The translations under genes and the position numbers were made by a program. A stretch of 64,000 nucleotides of DNA from a virus. Taxonomy: Duplodnaviria; Caudoviricetes. The DNA is taken from positions 32,001 through 96,000 of IMG/VR virus record IMGVR_UViG_3300037067_007848; one strand, written 5' to 3'. Of the stretch, positions 39,301 through 49,374 are shown in pieces. The notes below the pieces were generated by a model. That model was not told where the DNA came from. It searched no databases and worked only from the letters and a program-made list of their open reading frames with translations. Position 1 is the stretch's first letter. Each line of letters begins with the position of its first letter.

Positions 39301-40283
39301 CCATCGCCAATAAAACTCGAAATAGTATTAAGTGATGGTTGGGAATAACGCGAAACAGTCCTAACTTTAATTATTTTATAAACAATGGAATTATAAATAG
39401 CGGGAACTAATTCAATGTAATAATCGTAGCCCGCATCTCCGCACAAATCACTAATTAGACTTAAAATACTCACCTCCACACCACCTACACGCCATGAACT
39501 AGGGGGAATGGGCAGGTTAGAAAGGTCAAGTAAATAATATGACGATGTTAAGGCGTCGGGCGGCAATAGGCCGTATCCCCCAGAAGTTGGCCCCTTAAAT
39601 AAAATACGCCCGTATGGGGACCAAATACTACTTGAGACTGGTATAGAACTTGTTAATAATTTGAGCGAGCCGAGAATATTATACCATGGCATTCCAAGTT
39701 GGTTTGTGTTTGCCCCACCAAATTTTGCGGCGGGACTACCAAAAATCGCCCCATCTGGGGCATAGTCGCCATTGACAAATGAACCATTTACCTGAGAAAG
39801 TAGTGGGGCGTTGACTGTTCCGAAAGATTCGCAAAATCCAAAAACATTAAATACATTGGGTAATCCACCAACTGTACCGGCGTAAGAAGTAAGAATAAGT
39901 TTACTATTCTCTAATAATTGGCGGGGATCTGACAATTGAACTGAATAGGTGGTTCCACCCTGCCCCTCATCTTTAGTCCAATTTTGAATAATGCCGCAAA
40001 ACTCAAAATCGCCCACTCGAAAATAAGCTGGACACCCTATAATTTCTTGCTGTTCGCCCAAAAATCCAGGGTCGGGGTCAAAACTTATTTGTCGTACTAA
40101 ACCCGTATCCCAATAATATTTGCCATCTGTGGAGGGGCATGGGTCGTAAACAAGCCGCACATCAATACTGGTATTTTGTTCATTCCACCCAACCGAGGCA
40201 CTAAAAGAGGCTACACTACAGCCCAAAAATATAGTTTGTTTGAATGGCCCGCCACTTACCAAAGAATCGCATGTCTTTGCCAT
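36369..40283 (-). CDS. Tail tip / hub-like structural protein
   Basis: 1304 aa, second gene after the tape measure; LRGPLIMQGWGYD, VDLRYD; function inferred from synteny. Confidence 0.6.
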   Translation of the reverse strand: MAKTCDSLVSGGPFKQTIFLGCSVASFSASVGWNEQNTSIDVRLVYDPCPSTDGKYYWDTGLVRQISFDPDPGFLGEQQEIIGCPAYFRVGDFEFCGIIQNWTKDEGQGGTTYSVQLSDPRQLLENSKLILTSYAGTVGGLPNVFNVFGFCESFGTVNAPLLSQVNGSFVNGDYAPDGAIFGSPAAKFGGANTNQLGMPWYNILGSLKLLTSSIPVSSSIWSPYGRILFKGPTSGGYGLLPPDALTSSYYLLDLSNLPIPPSSWRVGGVEVSILSLISDLCGDAGYDYYIELVPAIYNSIVYKIIKVRTVSRYSQPSLNTISSFIGDGDGTNMARIGRELRNETTSAICIGGQKQTLYQAIGDNTVDSTILPYFGLDPWTNNTLLPYHDEFGDWCIDVDTTILNAGLTAVSGVGITGITGRTYAHITESEMMAALVGYDTWTSIATNLAQISWSGGHQYSDIGTSLGGDGEFMLYNLVEQIASGSNLSGIKAAHLVVGAIDKQMQVDKHNSQLIAERQMLHQWVLGFANNLGRSFQVAVPYVCARREDDSYQIVFSEQPVNGGWTEQSTVLGMSTSDIYYQYLLQEDNKTSTLLVFPDSDNYYHGKDISQLGDSCLLYGGYIYCLADVDESNGYVFENYSMATGPRAVVKLQAPISIVDTGIPLVMGGLESTIYKMIDRLSLSNATAIKSGVSDKMKGMANKVGGKSLHYPYTYYCDTNPAGAAFGIHSNILTYGPWFQLGPLGGTKVIQDEDLVPWNYYGYTNLNLIGNSKAEEGLTQMQVGENGSITVAGYPAVPLGAELGAMAGGFYGGGQHLVESRTISTSTFQSSNYIYLNEVPWQGIYGPNITNIDVQVGFGGLTTTYAMRTFTPKFGRFTKQNAERLKMVASANLKMQKFWKDVNKVLITSNINQQIRAGNTPYRITTKDMGLTLTNQSPHHIMMGDISVDGSGFATTTVISNPLHDIKGELSDYENKAMMSLEGLFRPVSLYGTGNLPRLAQPNEDDYAIIRAIPPMTLNGTGIYNNVISSNYLHPLQNPSGDLITERSETYTTGVGHDIGVVGANSIPSISYGQSPYADDYRFMALRGPLIMQGWGYDIDGKPIPNAADVYGHTTSGIYVNELLQDKFMPDWLQKPQTWPVAPVDLRYDRNRGVWTVPNYDMLSVELLTSISAFGTGIGRLLNTFPLFDNSGILIDNSDARVAISETLGKAYSSGNKVVVSWNGHSHNHFIVSAGGGGGISLGTLTTALSAGGSGTATLSYGNTATGIAVYDYLLPAGTTLTIGTKIVCAEADSKQWVIEAGCNV

Positions 40284-40292
40284 TTTTTATCC

Positions 40293-41810
40293 TTATAATA
40301 ATCCCGAAATCATTGTTCCAGTCTCTATACAATTATTATACACCCAAACTACATTTCGACGATAAGAACCAGTCTTAGGATTCCAACTCGGTTTATCTTG
40401 GGTTTTAACGAGGGTTGTGTATTGACTACCTAATTCAGCCTCAATTGTTGACAAAAAAGACTTTACTTGGGCATGTGGGCATAAAGAACTTCCTAATAAA
40501 AAGTCTGTTGTAGTTATTCCCTGAATAGGATCAACAATAACGTCGAAATTAAGCGAAAGTTCGTATGGTGTACGCGAATCCAATAATTGAATAATTGGGC
40601 CAGATTTTTTACCCAAAATATCAATACTTGCATATTTATCAGTGGGAAATGAATAATCATATGAAATATTTTCTGAAACCGCACCAGCTATTAGGGGGGA
40701 TGGGGTATTGGTCCACTCATAATTATAATTTATGGTTCCATTTTTTGGATTTACGCCAATACTTTTGTTGGTTTTGGCCAAATTAAGCGATTTTGTTACG
40801 CCCGACATATAGGTGTCATAGGCATATTTTGCTCTAACCGGCAAGAGGGACTTTATACTATTCCAATAACTTTGGGCATTTGTATATTTTGTTTCTTCGT
40901 GGCTCATATATAAAACATCAATTCCCGTTAGTGTAATACGTTCTAATCCCTGAATTGTCCCTTGAATACCAACGGTGGCAATATTATTTGTGTCACTTTG
41001 TTTAATATCAACGGTAAAATTTTCAATTGCATACCCGTGGGTGCCCGCCATTGTTTTATATAACATCCATGTTTCATCGACCGAATAACTTCCACCCCAT
41101 TGGTCGGCATTTTGCACCCTATGATAATTATATAAACGTAAATCTAGGATATTTGTAGGGGTTGCATTTAATACAGCCAACATATCCGTGACTGTTCCAA
41201 GATTATTATTACAAAAGTCAAGGGCATTTTTATATGGCTCTTGGGCGGTCCCACCAACAAACGTATTGGTATTGGCATAATTCGCCCTACCTTTGGCAGA
41301 AATATGATGGGTAATCTTAAATAAATATGGACTACTATCTACAATCCCGCTAATCGTCCACGTAAAGTATGGTTGATCTTCTACAGGCTCAATACTCCAG
41401 GTGTTTGAAATATTATCAACATATTGTGCCCCGTTAATTTCGCCCGTCGAACTATCTTGATATTCCAAATCAATTGAATAAGGAACAGACATTAACCAAT
41501 TATTTGGGCTATCCCTAAATTGCAATGATAAAATACGAGGATTTATTGATAAAATATTGGAGGTGTCGCACTTTAATACTAGGGGTGAGCCCTGTTGGTT
41601 AAAGGCAGTTACAAGGCCAGTTTTTAATGCATTTAATTGATATATTCCACCTGTCCCATTTGGGGGGGTTGCCAATGTTCCATTAAGGGATAATTTTGTA
41701 ACAGTATTGATAATTCGCCCATCTTCTGTTTTATTATATTCCTTGGCAAAACTAATCATTGGAACGGGATTAAAACTATATGTCCCGTAAGTCATTGTGA
41801 CATTTGACAT
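40293..41810 (-). CDS. Distal tail/baseplate-like structural protein
   Basis: Immediately downstream of the tape measure; beta-rich. Confidence 0.55.
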   Translation of the reverse strand: MSNVTMTYGTYSFNPVPMISFAKEYNKTEDGRIINTVTKLSLNGTLATPPNGTGGIYQLNALKTGLVTAFNQQGSPLVLKCDTSNILSINPRILSLQFRDSPNNWLMSVPYSIDLEYQDSSTGEINGAQYVDNISNTWSIEPVEDQPYFTWTISGIVDSSPYLFKITHHISAKGRANYANTNTFVGGTAQEPYKNALDFCNNNLGTVTDMLAVLNATPTNILDLRLYNYHRVQNADQWGGSYSVDETWMLYKTMAGTHGYAIENFTVDIKQSDTNNIATVGIQGTIQGLERITLTGIDVLYMSHEETKYTNAQSYWNSIKSLLPVRAKYAYDTYMSGVTKSLNLAKTNKSIGVNPKNGTINYNYEWTNTPSPLIAGAVSENISYDYSFPTDKYASIDILGKKSGPIIQLLDSRTPYELSLNFDVIVDPIQGITTTDFLLGSSLCPHAQVKSFLSTIEAELGSQYTTLVKTQDKPSWNPKTGSYRRNVVWVYNNCIETGTMISGLL

Positions 41811-44800
41811 TACTTTGTTCCTTTCAACGGATTCGTTGGCTGAAATGCACTTGTTTCGCCAGTGTTTGGATTAACCACTTTACCTAACTGTGCGGCCAAA
41901 TAACTTTCTATATATCCCTTAACTTCTTCTACCACTGCCTTTCCTATACTATCAGTCCCCACTACATTATGTGTATGGGTAAGATTAGCGGTAAGTTCAA
42001 TAGTCGAAGGAATATTTAGTGTGGATAATTTATCAATGCTATTAGCAAAAGATTCAAAAGTACCAAGATTTTGAGTTTGATTTGGCCCGCCAGTTCCAAT
42101 TTGATTGGCGGGAATGGTATTTTTTGGCAATGCAGCCCCAAAGGGATTTACAAGAGGAGAAGGTTTTACTTCATTTTCAAATAAACTAGAAACAAATGGA
42201 AGATTTTTCATTGCTTGGAGTGTCGATCCACCAACATTAGCAATGCTAGCCCCAAGCCCACCTAACATACCTGGGGTTTTATTAATTGTTGTCGGAATAA
42301 CTGGATTATTACCTCCACTAGCTTCCTGTAGTGTTTTTTGAATTTCCTGTGCAATAATGGCGACATTTTTGGCAATTTCGGTTTGATCTATTTGGGCAAT
42401 TCCCATTTCTAGGCCAACTGCCCCGCGTTGTAATCCTTGATCTTTTTCAAATTGTTTAATTAATTTATCCGATCTTTTGTCTTGCCCTGGCAATGACATA
42501 GTACGTTCACCCCAACCGCCAACGGCAGGAACAAATCCTACATCTTTATATCTTCCCCTAACAAATCCTGTTTGACTTTCTAAATCTTTTCCTGGTTCAA
42601 GACCACCTGTTCCTTGCATAAATTTCATTCCGCTTTTTAAATCTCTTCGTCCCTGTAATGTTAATGGTACTTGTCCACTTTCTTGGAATTTTTGGGTAAC
42701 AGATAATTGTCTTGCAAGTTTTAATTGTTCTTCAGGGCTCATGGTTGCAATATCTAATACGGTTTTTTGTCCCTCTTCACGACGTTTTTGTAAATTGTTT
42801 AGTTCGCCCAAGATTGCCGTTTGTTTGGTTGAGTCGGTCTTCAAATCATTAATTAATTGATTGCCCGATGAAATTTCGCGTAACACGCCATTTAGACCAT
42901 TGTTGGCCTCGGTCAATTTATTGATTAAACCTTGGTCGCCTGGACGTGCCTCCAGCTGAGATTGTATTGTCCCAATTTGCTGATTATATTGTTCGGCCCT
43001 AGATCGTAAACCACCCATTCTCATACCAACAGCACCAATATTTTCGGACTCTCCAAATCCCAATCCAAATTGTCTACCTAATTCACCACGCCTGGCCGAA
43101 ACGCCAGCAGTTGCCTCGCCCACTGATAATGGAATACCTGGTTTTAATATTGATTGTAGGGCAAATGGTTGTGTGGCCTTAAACTCACTTTGCCTTACTC
43201 TTAAATCATTTATTTTTAATATTTGTGTATGTTCTTGTTTAATTAATGAATTGCGACGTTCCATGGCCTCATTAATTTTATTAACTGTCTCTAATAATAA
43301 TTTTTCTTGTGGTTCTAATTTTTTGGTTAAGTCTTCAATAATTGAAGAAACACCGCCCTTTTCGACGAAATTTTGCCCAGTATATACCTGTTCGCTTTGA
43401 TCCCTAGACACGAATTGTTTTTCAATTCCAGCCGTTGCCTGACGACGAAGATTCTCTGGAAGATTTTTTAGATATGGATCAAGAACTGTCATTATGGCAC
43501 TTTGGGTAGATTCAGTTGTTTCTCCAGAAACCCCCATTATTTTGGCTTCAATATCCGCCCGCGACTCCTTTATTTTCCCTATTCCAAAGGCCGATTGTGT
43601 CCCAAGTGTCGCCCCACCAAAAATGGATTCACCCGCCCCTTTTAATTGATTGGCTGAATAAGCATTTTGATTAGCAAAAACATTGGTAATAGGAATAGTC
43701 CCAGCCGCACCAGTACTACCCGAAAGCATTGATTGTAACAAATTACGAGATTGGGCACCAATATTTCCAATCCCTTCTAATTTAGCCGTGGTTTTTTCGG
43801 TCTCTATTGCCATTTTGGAAAAGGCTACTTCTGATTTAGCTAATTCGTTAGAAAGATTCTTAAATTTTAAGGTTGTTTCGTCAACTATTTTTCGTGAATT
43901 AATAAATGCTTGTTGTTCTAATTTACGAACCTCTTCTGAATCTTCCCCTTTAGTTTCCCTAGCGGCTAAAATATTCTTACGATCTGTTCCAGTCCCAAAA
44001 TAACGTGCATACATCGAAACACCACTGGCATATTCTGGCTTTGCCGCAATATCTTTTGCAGAAGTTCCCTGTTGTTCTAACAGATTATCAAAAAAAGATT
44101 TAGCGGCAGTCGCAGGCCCCTGAAGTTCTTGTAACTCTTCAGCTAAAATATTTTGTGTGGCTTGTCTTTTTATTTTATATTGTTCGGCTGGACCCGTTCC
44201 AGGCTTCCAAAGTGATTCACCAGATACTTCTTGCCCAAACGGTCTACCTAATACATTCAATCCTACACCAATTATACTATTTAATATTCCACGATAACCT
44301 CCTTCATCTTCTACCTTTTCTTTACCACCTCCCAATTTATAATATTCTTGTGAAAGTTTTTCTTGAGCCGTAGAAGTAAATGTTAAGTCACCTAATTTTG
44401 CCTCAGCCCGTTTTTCCGCCACTCTACTTTTTTCAACATTGGCAATATTTAATTTTGCCGCATTTAAAGTTTGAATAAAATCATTAACACTTCCCCCTTT
44501 TCCCAATTGATTAAAGGCATGTGTAACAGCGTCAGTGCTCCTAACGAGTTGCTGTTCAGCCGAAACTCTCGATTTTGCCAAACGGTCTTGCTCTATTTGG
44601 GTAGATTTTTGACTATATCCAGAAAGTGCCCCGTAGGCAGCCCCAAGCCCTCCGCCAATTGCTGTTCCTACTCCAGGGGCTATTAAACTTCCCATATAAG
44701 CCCCCATCCCAGCCATTCCCAACCCTTGTGAAACAGCAGCACCCGTAGGTGTCTCACCAATCATTTGGTCTGCAACCATTCCCCCAATCATTAATCCCGT

Positions 44801-47089
44801 TGGGCTTTTAAGTAATTGTCTACCGCCCCTAGCCAATCCTCCTCCAATTTTTTGCATTGTACCACCCGACATTGACCGCCGATATTGATTTACTTTGGCA
44901 GTAATATTTGGTAGTTGACGTTCCAAAAATGTTGGTGTGGTTGGCCTACCGCCTGGACCATAAAAAGTTCCCTTGTCTCCCAATGCCGCAGCCATATTTT
45001 GCGGTAATGGTTGTTGGTTTAACTTAAAAGAGGGTTGAAGCCCTTGCGAAACCCTAGATTCATTAATACCAATATTCCACGCTCTTTTTTCAGCTAAGCT
45101 TAAAGATTCTTTAGCACTAACATCCCCTATATTTTTTTGTCCCAATCTGGGTGTTTTAGAAATAACAACTTGGGATTGCCCTGGCTGAAATTGCTCCGCC
45201 CCTTGTAATGAATATTCCTCTATCAAATTTTGTTCATTAAAATTTTCGGCAATATTTTTTGTAAATAATTTAGATATTTTAGAATATAGATTATTTATCT
45301 TTTGTTTAATATTAAATTTTGGAATCTTTGCCTTAATTTTATCAATCAATGGGTCAGTTTCTAAGGCATATTCATCTCCGACTCCACCACCATGTTGAAA
45401 ATGTAAAATACCATTATTCAATCCCTCTAAATTATTTCGCCCAATTCGTTGTGCGGCTTTTTTATTTATTACAAATTCACCTGGGGTTAATATAGCGGGA
45501 ACACTATCTTCATCGCCAGCCCCAGGAATTATACCTCCGTTAGCCTTTGCAATTGGTCTATTTTTTCCAAGTAATGCAGGAATAAATCCAGGAATGGCTT
45601 GGCTAATAGCACCAGCTATTTTAAACCCACCAATCATGGCAATATATGGCAAAATCGACTTCATGGAATCAGCCAATGAAATAAAAGCATTGGCCAATCC
45701 AAGAACATAAGTCATCATTTGTTTAAAAGTATCAGTCTTACTTAAATCACGAATTAAGGCTAAAAATCGTTCATGTGTTTTTGTTATTTGGACAGTCCAT
45801 GATTCTTGTGCCCGTTTATTAACTTCATCTAATTGTGCCGATCCACTTTTTGCAATATTTAATGCCTTTTGACGTTCTTCAGCCTGAAATAACAAAGGAA
45901 GTAAACGCCCAATTTGCCTGTACCCGCCCAAGTCTTCTGCCAATTGAAATAGCCGCACATCCCCTGTTGGTATTTTTTTTACCGCCTCAGAAATTTTCTC
46001 AATAGCCTCATATGCACCAATAAATCTACCTTTGGCGTCCAAAACATCAACCCCTAATTGTTTAAGAGAACTAATATTTTGTGGGCGTTCTAGGCGAGCA
46101 AAAATAGTCTTCATGGCCGTCGCAATACTTTCGGCACTTTCACGGGTGGTTGATCGAACTGACGTAAACAAAGCCATGAATTGATTTAACGCTTCACTTC
46201 CCGTAACAACGCCCTTAGACATTACCGAAAATGTTCCGCCCGCAATTCTAATTGCATCAATTAAATCGGAAGATTCTACGGCAGTTGCGGCAGCCAGAGC
46301 ATGCATCGAACTTAATGCCCCATTTACTCCATTCGCCCCTATTCCAAACTGTCGCATTAAAGCAATGGTCCCCTCCATAGTATTATTTATATTGTCGAAG
46401 GCGGGAGCGTTTAACGTCTTGGCCAAAGCCTCCATTACCACCTGCGTATCCCGTGAACTTAAACCTGCCTGAACTAATTTATTGGACACCTCTAACAATT
46501 TATCAGAAGAAACGCCCAGGCTAGTTGAAAGACGTGTAATTTCATCGCCCAAATCTTTATAGGTGGATGTCACACTACCCCCCGTTAATTGGGATAATTT
46601 TACCATATGATCTTGGAATGTAACGGCCGATTTCGTAGCCTCTTTTAGCATATTTAACGGCGTAAGAATTAAACTCGACCCAATCATCCAGGCCGAGAAT
46701 TTACGTAATGCAAACCCCGCAACCCGCCCATATTCTTCCATTTCCTGTTTAAGGGTTGTAATTTGAACTTTTTGTTGGGCGGCAAGCTTTGTTCCTTGAC
46801 TAAACTGATTATTTACCTGTGATAAATTAATACCCCCAATAGCCGTTTTTAATCCATTTAATGAATTGGAAATATTACGAATATTGATCTGGGTAAGATT
46901 TAATGTTGAGTTAAAAGTTTGAAAAGAAGAATTAAGTCCGTTAATACTTTGTTGGGCACCTGGGGAAACCTTCAAATTAACATTGGCCGTAATACCATTG
47001 AGCGATTGTTGTATACTACTGACAATGGGTTTAATATTTGTCGGGGCTGCCAAGACAACCTGTGCCGAAAAATCAAATCTTTTAGCCAA
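41810..47089 (-). CDS. Tail tape measure protein
   Basis: About 1760 aa helical; TP901-like core (LSTSLGVSS..AGLS..TRESAESIATAMKTIFARL), GG..PG...DSVPAILTPGEFV motif; probable TTG start at 47089 after a GGGG SD. Confidence 0.9.
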   Translation of the reverse strand: MAKRFDFSAQVVLAAPTNIKPIVSSIQQSLNGITANVNLKVSPGAQQSINGLNSSFQTFNSTLNLTQINIRNISNSLNGLKTAIGGINLSQVNNQFSQGTKLAAQQKVQITTLKQEMEEYGRVAGFALRKFSAWMIGSSLILTPLNMLKEATKSAVTFQDHMVKLSQLTGGSVTSTYKDLGDEITRLSTSLGVSSDKLLEVSNKLVQAGLSSRDTQVVMEALAKTLNAPAFDNINNTMEGTIALMRQFGIGANGVNGALSSMHALAAATAVESSDLIDAIRIAGGTFSVMSKGVVTGSEALNQFMALFTSVRSTTRESAESIATAMKTIFARLERPQNISSLKQLGVDVLDAKGRFIGAYEAIEKISEAVKKIPTGDVRLFQLAEDLGGYRQIGRLLPLLFQAEERQKALNIAKSGSAQLDEVNKRAQESWTVQITKTHERFLALIRDLSKTDTFKQMMTYVLGLANAFISLADSMKSILPYIAMIGGFKIAGAISQAIPGFIPALLGKNRPIAKANGGIIPGAGDEDSVPAILTPGEFVINKKAAQRIGRNNLEGLNNGILHFQHGGGVGDEYALETDPLIDKIKAKIPKFNIKQKINNLYSKISKLFTKNIAENFNEQNLIEEYSLQGAEQFQPGQSQVVISKTPRLGQKNIGDVSAKESLSLAEKRAWNIGINESRVSQGLQPSFKLNQQPLPQNMAAALGDKGTFYGPGGRPTTPTFLERQLPNITAKVNQYRRSMSGGTMQKIGGGLARGGRQLLKSPTGLMIGGMVADQMIGETPTGAAVSQGLGMAGMGAYMGSLIAPGVGTAIGGGLGAAYGALSGYSQKSTQIEQDRLAKSRVSAEQQLVRSTDAVTHAFNQLGKGGSVNDFIQTLNAAKLNIANVEKSRVAEKRAEAKLGDLTFTSTAQEKLSQEYYKLGGGKEKVEDEGGYRGILNSIIGVGLNVLGRPFGQEVSGESLWKPGTGPAEQYKIKRQATQNILAEELQELQGPATAAKSFFDNLLEQQGTSAKDIAAKPEYASGVSMYARYFGTGTDRKNILAARETKGEDSEEVRKLEQQAFINSRKIVDETTLKFKNLSNELAKSEVAFSKMAIETEKTTAKLEGIGNIGAQSRNLLQSMLSGSTGAAGTIPITNVFANQNAYSANQLKGAGESIFGGATLGTQSAFGIGKIKESRADIEAKIMGVSGETTESTQSAIMTVLDPYLKNLPENLRRQATAGIEKQFVSRDQSEQVYTGQNFVEKGGVSSIIEDLTKKLEPQEKLLLETVNKINEAMERRNSLIKQEHTQILKINDLRVRQSEFKATQPFALQSILKPGIPLSVGEATAGVSARRGELGRQFGLGFGESENIGAVGMRMGGLRSRAEQYNQQIGTIQSQLEARPGDQGLINKLTEANNGLNGVLREISSGNQLINDLKTDSTKQTAILGELNNLQKRREEGQKTVLDIATMSPEEQLKLARQLSVTQKFQESGQVPLTLQGRRDLKSGMKFMQGTGGLEPGKDLESQTGFVRGRYKDVGFVPAVGGWGERTMSLPGQDKRSDKLIKQFEKDQGLQRGAVGLEMGIAQIDQTEIAKNVAIIAQEIQKTLQEASGGNNPVIPTTINKTPGMLGGLGASIANVGGSTLQAMKNLPFVSSLFENEVKPSPLVNPFGAALPKNTIPANQIGTGGPNQTQNLGTFESFANSIDKLSTLNIPSTIELTANLTHTHNVVGTDSIGKAVVEEVKGYIESYLAAQLGKVVNPNTGETSAFQPTNPLKGTK

Positions 47090-47107
47090 TTTATTATCCC
47101 CTATATA

Positions 47108-47144
47108 AAAATGTCCCGCCAAAATATTTTTTATTCGGGCGGGA
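47108..47144 (-). terminator. Stem-loop/terminator upstream of the tape measure gene
   Basis: TCCCGCC/GGCGGGA inverted repeat followed by CATTTTT on the - strand. Confidence 0.55.
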
Positions 47145-47162
47145 ACAAACTATTAAAAACCC

Positions 47163-48005
47163 TTATTCAGCAATAGTATTCCCATCTTCGTCAATAAATG
47201 GCAACGATTCTACAATATACTCACCATTTTCATCAACGGGATTCCCATATTTATCTACTTTATCACCATTGTCATTGATATAAAATCCCTTTTCGTCAAT
47301 TAGTCGCCCATCTTTATCTATCAATTTTCCATCTTTATTAATTGCCCGTAGTTTATCATCAATAAATTTATATTTGAGTAAAAACTTATTTTCAGGTAAA
47401 GATTTCTCTAAATCATCGCCGATTGAATATAGCATGCCCGCGAATAATGAGGCGGCAGTAATACCAACATCGGTAGACCCACGTATTAGATAATCGTCAA
47501 GAGACTCAAAATATTGAATTTCCTTTTCTTGAATATTAACATAGACCAAACATTGAACCAACAACATATTAAAGTGGGCATTGTCGCCCTGCCCCTCAGC
47601 CGTCATACTATCTAATGAACTGCGGTCGGCAAGCAAAGATTGTAATTTTCCGCGAACTTCTTTCATAGATATGGCAACCTCTTTTGCCTTAACCAATGAA
47701 ATTCCGCCCTTTTTCAAAATTCGCTCTTTTTCAAGCAAGTCTTTTGATAAGTCGTTATATTGTTTTTCGCGTTCGTCGTCCCATTCACCCCTATTACGTA
47801 GGAGAGTATTTATCTGTTGGCGTAATGGAGCCTTGGCCAAAACCGACTCAAAAAACACTTCATTTCTGGCTTTTAGGGCTTTTTTATAATGTTCGACGGT
47901 AGGGGAACAAAGTTTAAATAGAATTTCGCCATCATAATCCTCGGCGAATCCCAACTTAACAAGTTCTTCTTTAGAAAGTTTTTTTCTGAATTCTTTAATC
48001 TGCAT
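47163..48005 (-). CDS. Putative tail assembly chaperone
   Basis: Position upstream of the tape measure; C-terminal (N/D)xxG repeats. Confidence 0.5.
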   Translation of the reverse strand: MQIKEFRKKLSKEELVKLGFAEDYDGEILFKLCSPTVEHYKKALKARNEVFFESVLAKAPLRQQINTLLRNRGEWDDEREKQYNDLSKDLLEKERILKKGGISLVKAKEVAISMKEVRGKLQSLLADRSSLDSMTAEGQGDNAHFNMLLVQCLVYVNIQEKEIQYFESLDDYLIRGSTDVGITAASLFAGMLYSIGDDLEKSLPENKFLLKYKFIDDKLRAINKDGKLIDKDGRLIDEKGFYINDNGDKVDKYGNPVDENGEYIVESLPFIDEDGNTIAE

Positions 48006-48011
48006 TTTCCT

Positions 48012-48371
48012 TTAATCCTTTTTTTTAACAATAAAATCTATTTGATATACGTCTTCTTCTATATTATATTTTGATATTTCGTCAATCGCCGCCCTAGATT
48101 GTGTATTCCCGTGATTTAATATATCGGACCTTAAACACTCCCAAATTTCCAACATATTTTTTTGTTGTTTAGACAATTCGGGGTATTCGCTTTCATATCC
48201 CCATAAATCCCCAAAATGTTTTTCACATCTGGCCAAAATACCGATAATGGCCGTTTCAAATCTTTTTTCTATAATTTTTTGTAATTTTCTCTTCGCCCCA
48301 AAAGCTCGCCGTTCCTTATTCACCCTTTTCATATTTTCGCACGTTCGGTGCATTTCCCCATAATTCTCCAT
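48012..48371 (-). CDS. Hypothetical protein (tail assembly region)
   Basis: FGDLWG, RSDILNHGN; 119 aa. Confidence 0.65.
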   Translation of the reverse strand: MENYGEMHRTCENMKRVNKERRAFGAKRKLQKIIEKRFETAIIGILARCEKHFGDLWGYESEYPELSKQQKNMLEIWECLRSDILNHGNTQSRAAIDEISKYNIEEDVYQIDFIVKKKD

Positions 48372-48372
48372 T

Positions 48373-49374
48373 TTATCTCCTTAGATTTTCCGCAACTTGG
48401 TTCATTATATCCATTTGTTTATCAGGAAGTTGACTTTCTTTAATCAACCCTAATCTTTGTATCATATTGTTTCTATTGTTTTTTATCATTTTACCCTCTA
48501 AAGTATTCATATCGTCAATTCGCTCAATATCTGCCTGACTATATGCGGGTAAAAATATTTCATTCCCCTGAACATTTGGACCTGTTAAGGTCTCGTTTTT
48601 TTGTGCCTTTTGTTTATCTTTTTGTATTAAAAACCATCCGTCTAGGGCATCATCATCCTGAATAATTGCCTCTACGGGAGATTCGGGGTGTTCTAAAACA
48701 TTATCATACATTTGACTATATAAAATCAAATTTCTTTGTTCTACACTTAAATATACACCATTTTTACCAAAAACATCTTCTTTTGATGTTCTCCAATAAG
48801 AAGACCAATCCGAATGTTTTGCCACCTCTCGGATTTTTTGGTGGGACAATTCATTTTTGGTGTAAATTACATGTAATCTTTGTATTTTTTTGAAAGGAAA
48901 ATTATAAAAATTGTTAATGAGCCGCCCCTTACGATTATGGACAACTTGGGTTAACTCATATTGTTTTGCCACAATATCAACAAATCCGCCCAATGTTAAA
49001 TAATCGAGCGAATGAAGCCGCCCATATAAATACGCCTTTCGATCATTTAATTCTTGTAGTTCTGCCCTAAATATTTCCCGCTCTCTAAAATTAAAAAAAG
49101 ATTTACATATGTCTATTTTGGAATTATTAATTTTTTTGTCAATTCCCGCAAATTCATGGGCCAAATCATCATTCCAAATCCCGTTATATTTTAATAAATC
49201 TAAACACTGCCCTATATTCAACCAATTATTATATTTATTTTCACTATATATTTTTTGGGCAAATCGTTCTACTTTATAAAGAGAGTGAATTGTTGGTAAA
49301 ACAAATATCAAATCTTTATAATAAAATTTGCCCTCGGCAATACGTCCGATTGTCCTTAAAATGTCGTCCTGCAT
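48373..49374 (-). CDS. Hypothetical protein (possible tail chaperone)
   Basis: YDNVLEHPESP..IIQDDDALDGW; 333 aa. Confidence 0.65.
   Translation of the reverse strand: MQDDILRTIGRIAEGKFYYKDLIFVLPTIHSLYKVERFAQKIYSENKYNNWLNIGQCLDLLKYNGIWNDDLAHEFAGIDKKINNSKIDICKSFFNFREREIFRAELQELNDRKAYLYGRLHSLDYLTLGGFVDIVAKQYELTQVVHNRKGRLINNFYNFPFKKIQRLHVIYTKNELSHQKIREVAKHSDWSSYWRTSKEDVFGKNGVYLSVEQRNLILYSQMYDNVLEHPESPVEAIIQDDDALDGWFLIQKDKQKAQKNETLTGPNVQGNEIFLPAYSQADIERIDDMNTLEGKMIKNNRNNMIQRLGLIKESQLPDKQMDIMNQVAENLRR

Noticed and set aside
47163-49374. Programmed -1 frameshift in tail chaperone genes
   Set aside because: The three ORFs have their own starts and SD sequences and do not overlap; no convincing slippery site was identified.
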